Shown in pieces: positions 62,112-64,000 of a stretch of DNA of 64,000 nt. Positions within the stretch are counted from its first letter, which is position 1. Every line of letters starts with the position of its first letter. The notes below the pieces were generated by a model, which saw only the letters and a list, made by a program, of their open reading frames with translations, was not told the origin of the DNA and searched no databases. The position numbers were made by a program, and so were the translations under genes. The stretch is from an uncultured delta proteobacterium. Its GTDB lineage: Bacteria > Myxococcota_A > Polyangia > Polyangiales > JAFGIB01. The stretch is from positions 637,591 through 701,590 of the forward strand of contig CAVZVA010000002.1 of NCBI GenBank assembly GCA_963778655.1, read 5' to 3'.

Positions 62112-62912
62112 ATGCCCAGCGTAAGCTCGCTTCACGTCTATCCGATCAAGTCCTGCCGCGCGCTCGACCTCAAGGCCGTGCGCTTCGACCAACTGGGGCC
62201 GCTGTACGACCGGCGCTTCATGCTGGTCGACGACGGCGGCCGCTTCCTGAGCCAGCGCGAGTTGCCGCGCCTGGCGGTGGTCGAGGTGCGGCTGGGGCCG
62301 ATGGCGCTGCAAGTCAGCGCGCCCGGCATGCCGCCGCTGAAGGTGGCGATGACTCAACGCGACGCGCGGCTCATCGAGGTCAGCCTTTGGAAGCACACGG
62401 GTCCGGCCGAGGACGCAGGCGGAAACGCCGCCGAGTGGTTCAGCCAGCTGCTGGAGCACCCCTGCCGGTTGGTACGCCTGCCGGAGGACGCGATGCGCCA
62501 GGTCGACCCGCGCTATGCGCCGGCACCCGCGCTGGTCGGCTTCGCCGACGCGTTTCCGGTATTGCTGCTGTCGGAGGCGTCGCTGCAGGACCTGAACGCG
62601 CGCATGCCACAGGCCGTACCGATGAACCGCTTCCGCCCCAACCTCGTGGTGCGCGAGACCGAGCCGTACGCGGAGGATTCCTGGAAGCGCATCCGGGTGG
62701 GCGACGTGGTGCTGCACGTGGTCAAACCCTGCGCGCGCTGCACGGTGCCGGGCGTCGATCAGATCACCGGCCGGCGCGAGCAGGAGCCGCTGGCCACCCT
62801 GGCCAGCTACCGCCAGCGCGACAATCAGGTCTTCTTCGGCCAGAACTGCATCCACGAAGGCCCGGGCTCGGTGCGCATCGGGGACGAGGTGGAAGTCTTG
62901 GAAACCATGTGA
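62112..62912 (+). CDS. MOSC domain protein (YcbX/mARC-like)
   Basis: YPIKSC, DRRFML, FAD, RFRPNLVV, AED.W, KPCARC, FGQN. Confidence 0.92.
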   Translation: MPSVSSLHVYPIKSCRALDLKAVRFDQLGPLYDRRFMLVDDGGRFLSQRELPRLAVVEVRLGPMALQVSAPGMPPLKVAMTQRDARLIEVSLWKHTGPAEDAGGNAAEWFSQLLEHPCRLVRLPEDAMRQVDPRYAPAPALVGFADAFPVLLLSEASLQDLNARMPQAVPMNRFRPNLVVRETEPYAEDSWKRIRVGDVVLHVVKPCARCTVPGVDQITGRREQEPLATLASYRQRDNQVFFGQNCIHEGPGSVRIGDEVEVLETM

Positions 62913-62987
62913 CTCCGAACGGGATCGACGGGTAGTCCGATGTATGTGTGAGCCGTTGCTCTCTAAACCGGATACCATGATCCTGGG

Positions 62988-64000
62988 ATGAGTCCTGGCT
63001 CCCGCGCCCCCGGTCTGGGAAGCGAAGCACCGCAGCTCGAGCGCTTCGTCCTCGAGCGCCGGCTGGGCGAAGGCAGCATGGGCGCGGTCTACCTGGCCTT
63101 CGACCGCGTGCGCGGACACCGGGTCGCGCTCAAGACGCTGCGTCGCGTCGACGCCTCGGGCATCTACCGCTTCAAGCGCGAGTTCCGCGCCCTGGCCGAC
63201 GTCAGCCATCCGAACCTGGTCGCGTTGCACGAGCTGTTCAGCGACGAGACGCACTGGTTCTTCACCATGGAGTTCGTCGAGGGCCAGGACTTCCTCGGCT
63301 ACGTGCTGGGTGCGGCCGCGCCGCGCGCGCCCGATGGCGCCGGCCGCCACACCCGGCAGCTGCGCGCGGCGCAGGCTGTGCGCGGCTCCGCGGCGGCTGC
63401 GCCACCGGCCGCGCTGGGCGACGACGAACGCCTGCGCGACGTGCTGCGCCAGGTGACCGAGGCGATCAACGCGTTGCACGCGGCGGGCAAGCTGCACCGC
63501 GATCTGAAGCCCGACAACGTGATGGTGACCGGCGAGGGGCGCGCCGTCGTGCTCGACTTCGGCATCGCGGCCGAGCTGGACGCCGACGCGCACGGCACGC
63601 TCGAGGCCGGCGTGATGGGCACGCCCGCGTACATGGCGCCGGAGCAAGCGACCGGCGCGGCGGTCTCGGGAGCTGCCGACTGGTACGCGCTCGGCGTGAT
63701 GCTGTACGAGACGCTGACAGGGCAGGTGCCCTTCGACGGCCCCTACCGCGAGGTGCTCGAGCACAAGCAGCGGCTGGAGCCCCCGCCTCCGTCGCAGCTC
63801 GTCTCGGGCGTGCCGGACGATCTCGACCGCCTGTGCGTGCGCCTGCTCGCGCGCGATCCCGCGCAGCGGCCACACGCTGACGAGATCCTGCAGGTGCTGG
63901 GCCGAGGGCGCACGTCGGCCGCCAACCCGCCCGCCACGGAAGCGCGCGCGCCGTTCCTGGGCAGGGCACAGCAACTCTCGGAGCTCGAGCGCGCGCTCGC
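62988..64000 (+). CDS. Ser/Thr protein kinase followed by start of an AAA-type domain (partial, runs off the window)
   Basis: Manual translation: LGEGSMGAVY, VALK, HPNLV, LHRDLKPDN, DFG, GTPAYMAPEQ, DWYALG, then PFLGR..L. Absent from the ORF track because no stop lies in the window. Confidence 0.92.
   Translation, partial: MSPGSRAPGLGSEAPQLERFVLERRLGEGSMGAVYLAFDRVRGHRVALKTLRRVDASGIYRFKREFRALADVSHPNLVALHELFSDETHWFFTMEFVEGQDFLGYVLGAAAPRAPDGAGRHTRQLRAAQAVRGSAAAAPPAALGDDERLRDVLRQVTEAINALHAAGKLHRDLKPDNVMVTGEGRAVVLDFGIAAELDADAHGTLEAGVMGTPAYMAPEQATGAAVSGAADWYALGVMLYETLTGQVPFDGPYREVLEHKQRLEPPPPSQLVSGVPDDLDRLCVRLLARDPAQRPHADEILQVLGRGRTSAANPPATEARAPFLGRAQQLSELERAL

Noticed and set aside
61425..63974. 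849-aa minus-strand ORF
   Set aside because: Spans three well-supported plus-strand genes; shadow ORF.

Overview
High-GC bacterial DNA whose gene content points to Myxococcota, probably Polyangia-like (MglA-type GTPase, MYXO-CTERM sorting signal, kinase-fused sigma54 activator, split F0 atp operon). It is mostly core genome: the 5' end of mraZ, thiL, larB/larC, namZ, pyrR/pyrB, ccmE, atpZ-I-B-E, hemL, a complete moxR-DUF58-bat operon, two PPIases, ppsA, mfd, an rlmD-rluA fusion and acyl-CoA metabolism genes. The most striking element is a 3088-aa Cys-rich surface protein (6589..15855, minus strand). It reads as two head-to-head proteins in one ORF. The first is signal peptide, vWA head, repeat stalk and a MYXO-CTERM anchor. 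The second follows without a stop as a lipoprotein-type signal, repeat stalk, FGE-sulfatase-like domain and P-domain, suggesting a processed polyprotein or a double-armed adhesin. It lies just downstream of a Ser/Thr kinase-ATPase-TPR-GAF-sigma54 activator gene. A dispersed family of purine-rich inverted repeats occupies about 8 intergenic sites, and several genes look leaderless. At least seven frameshifts, six of them +1 insertions, most likely reflect sequencing error. No rRNA, tRNA, CRISPR array or transposase was seen.
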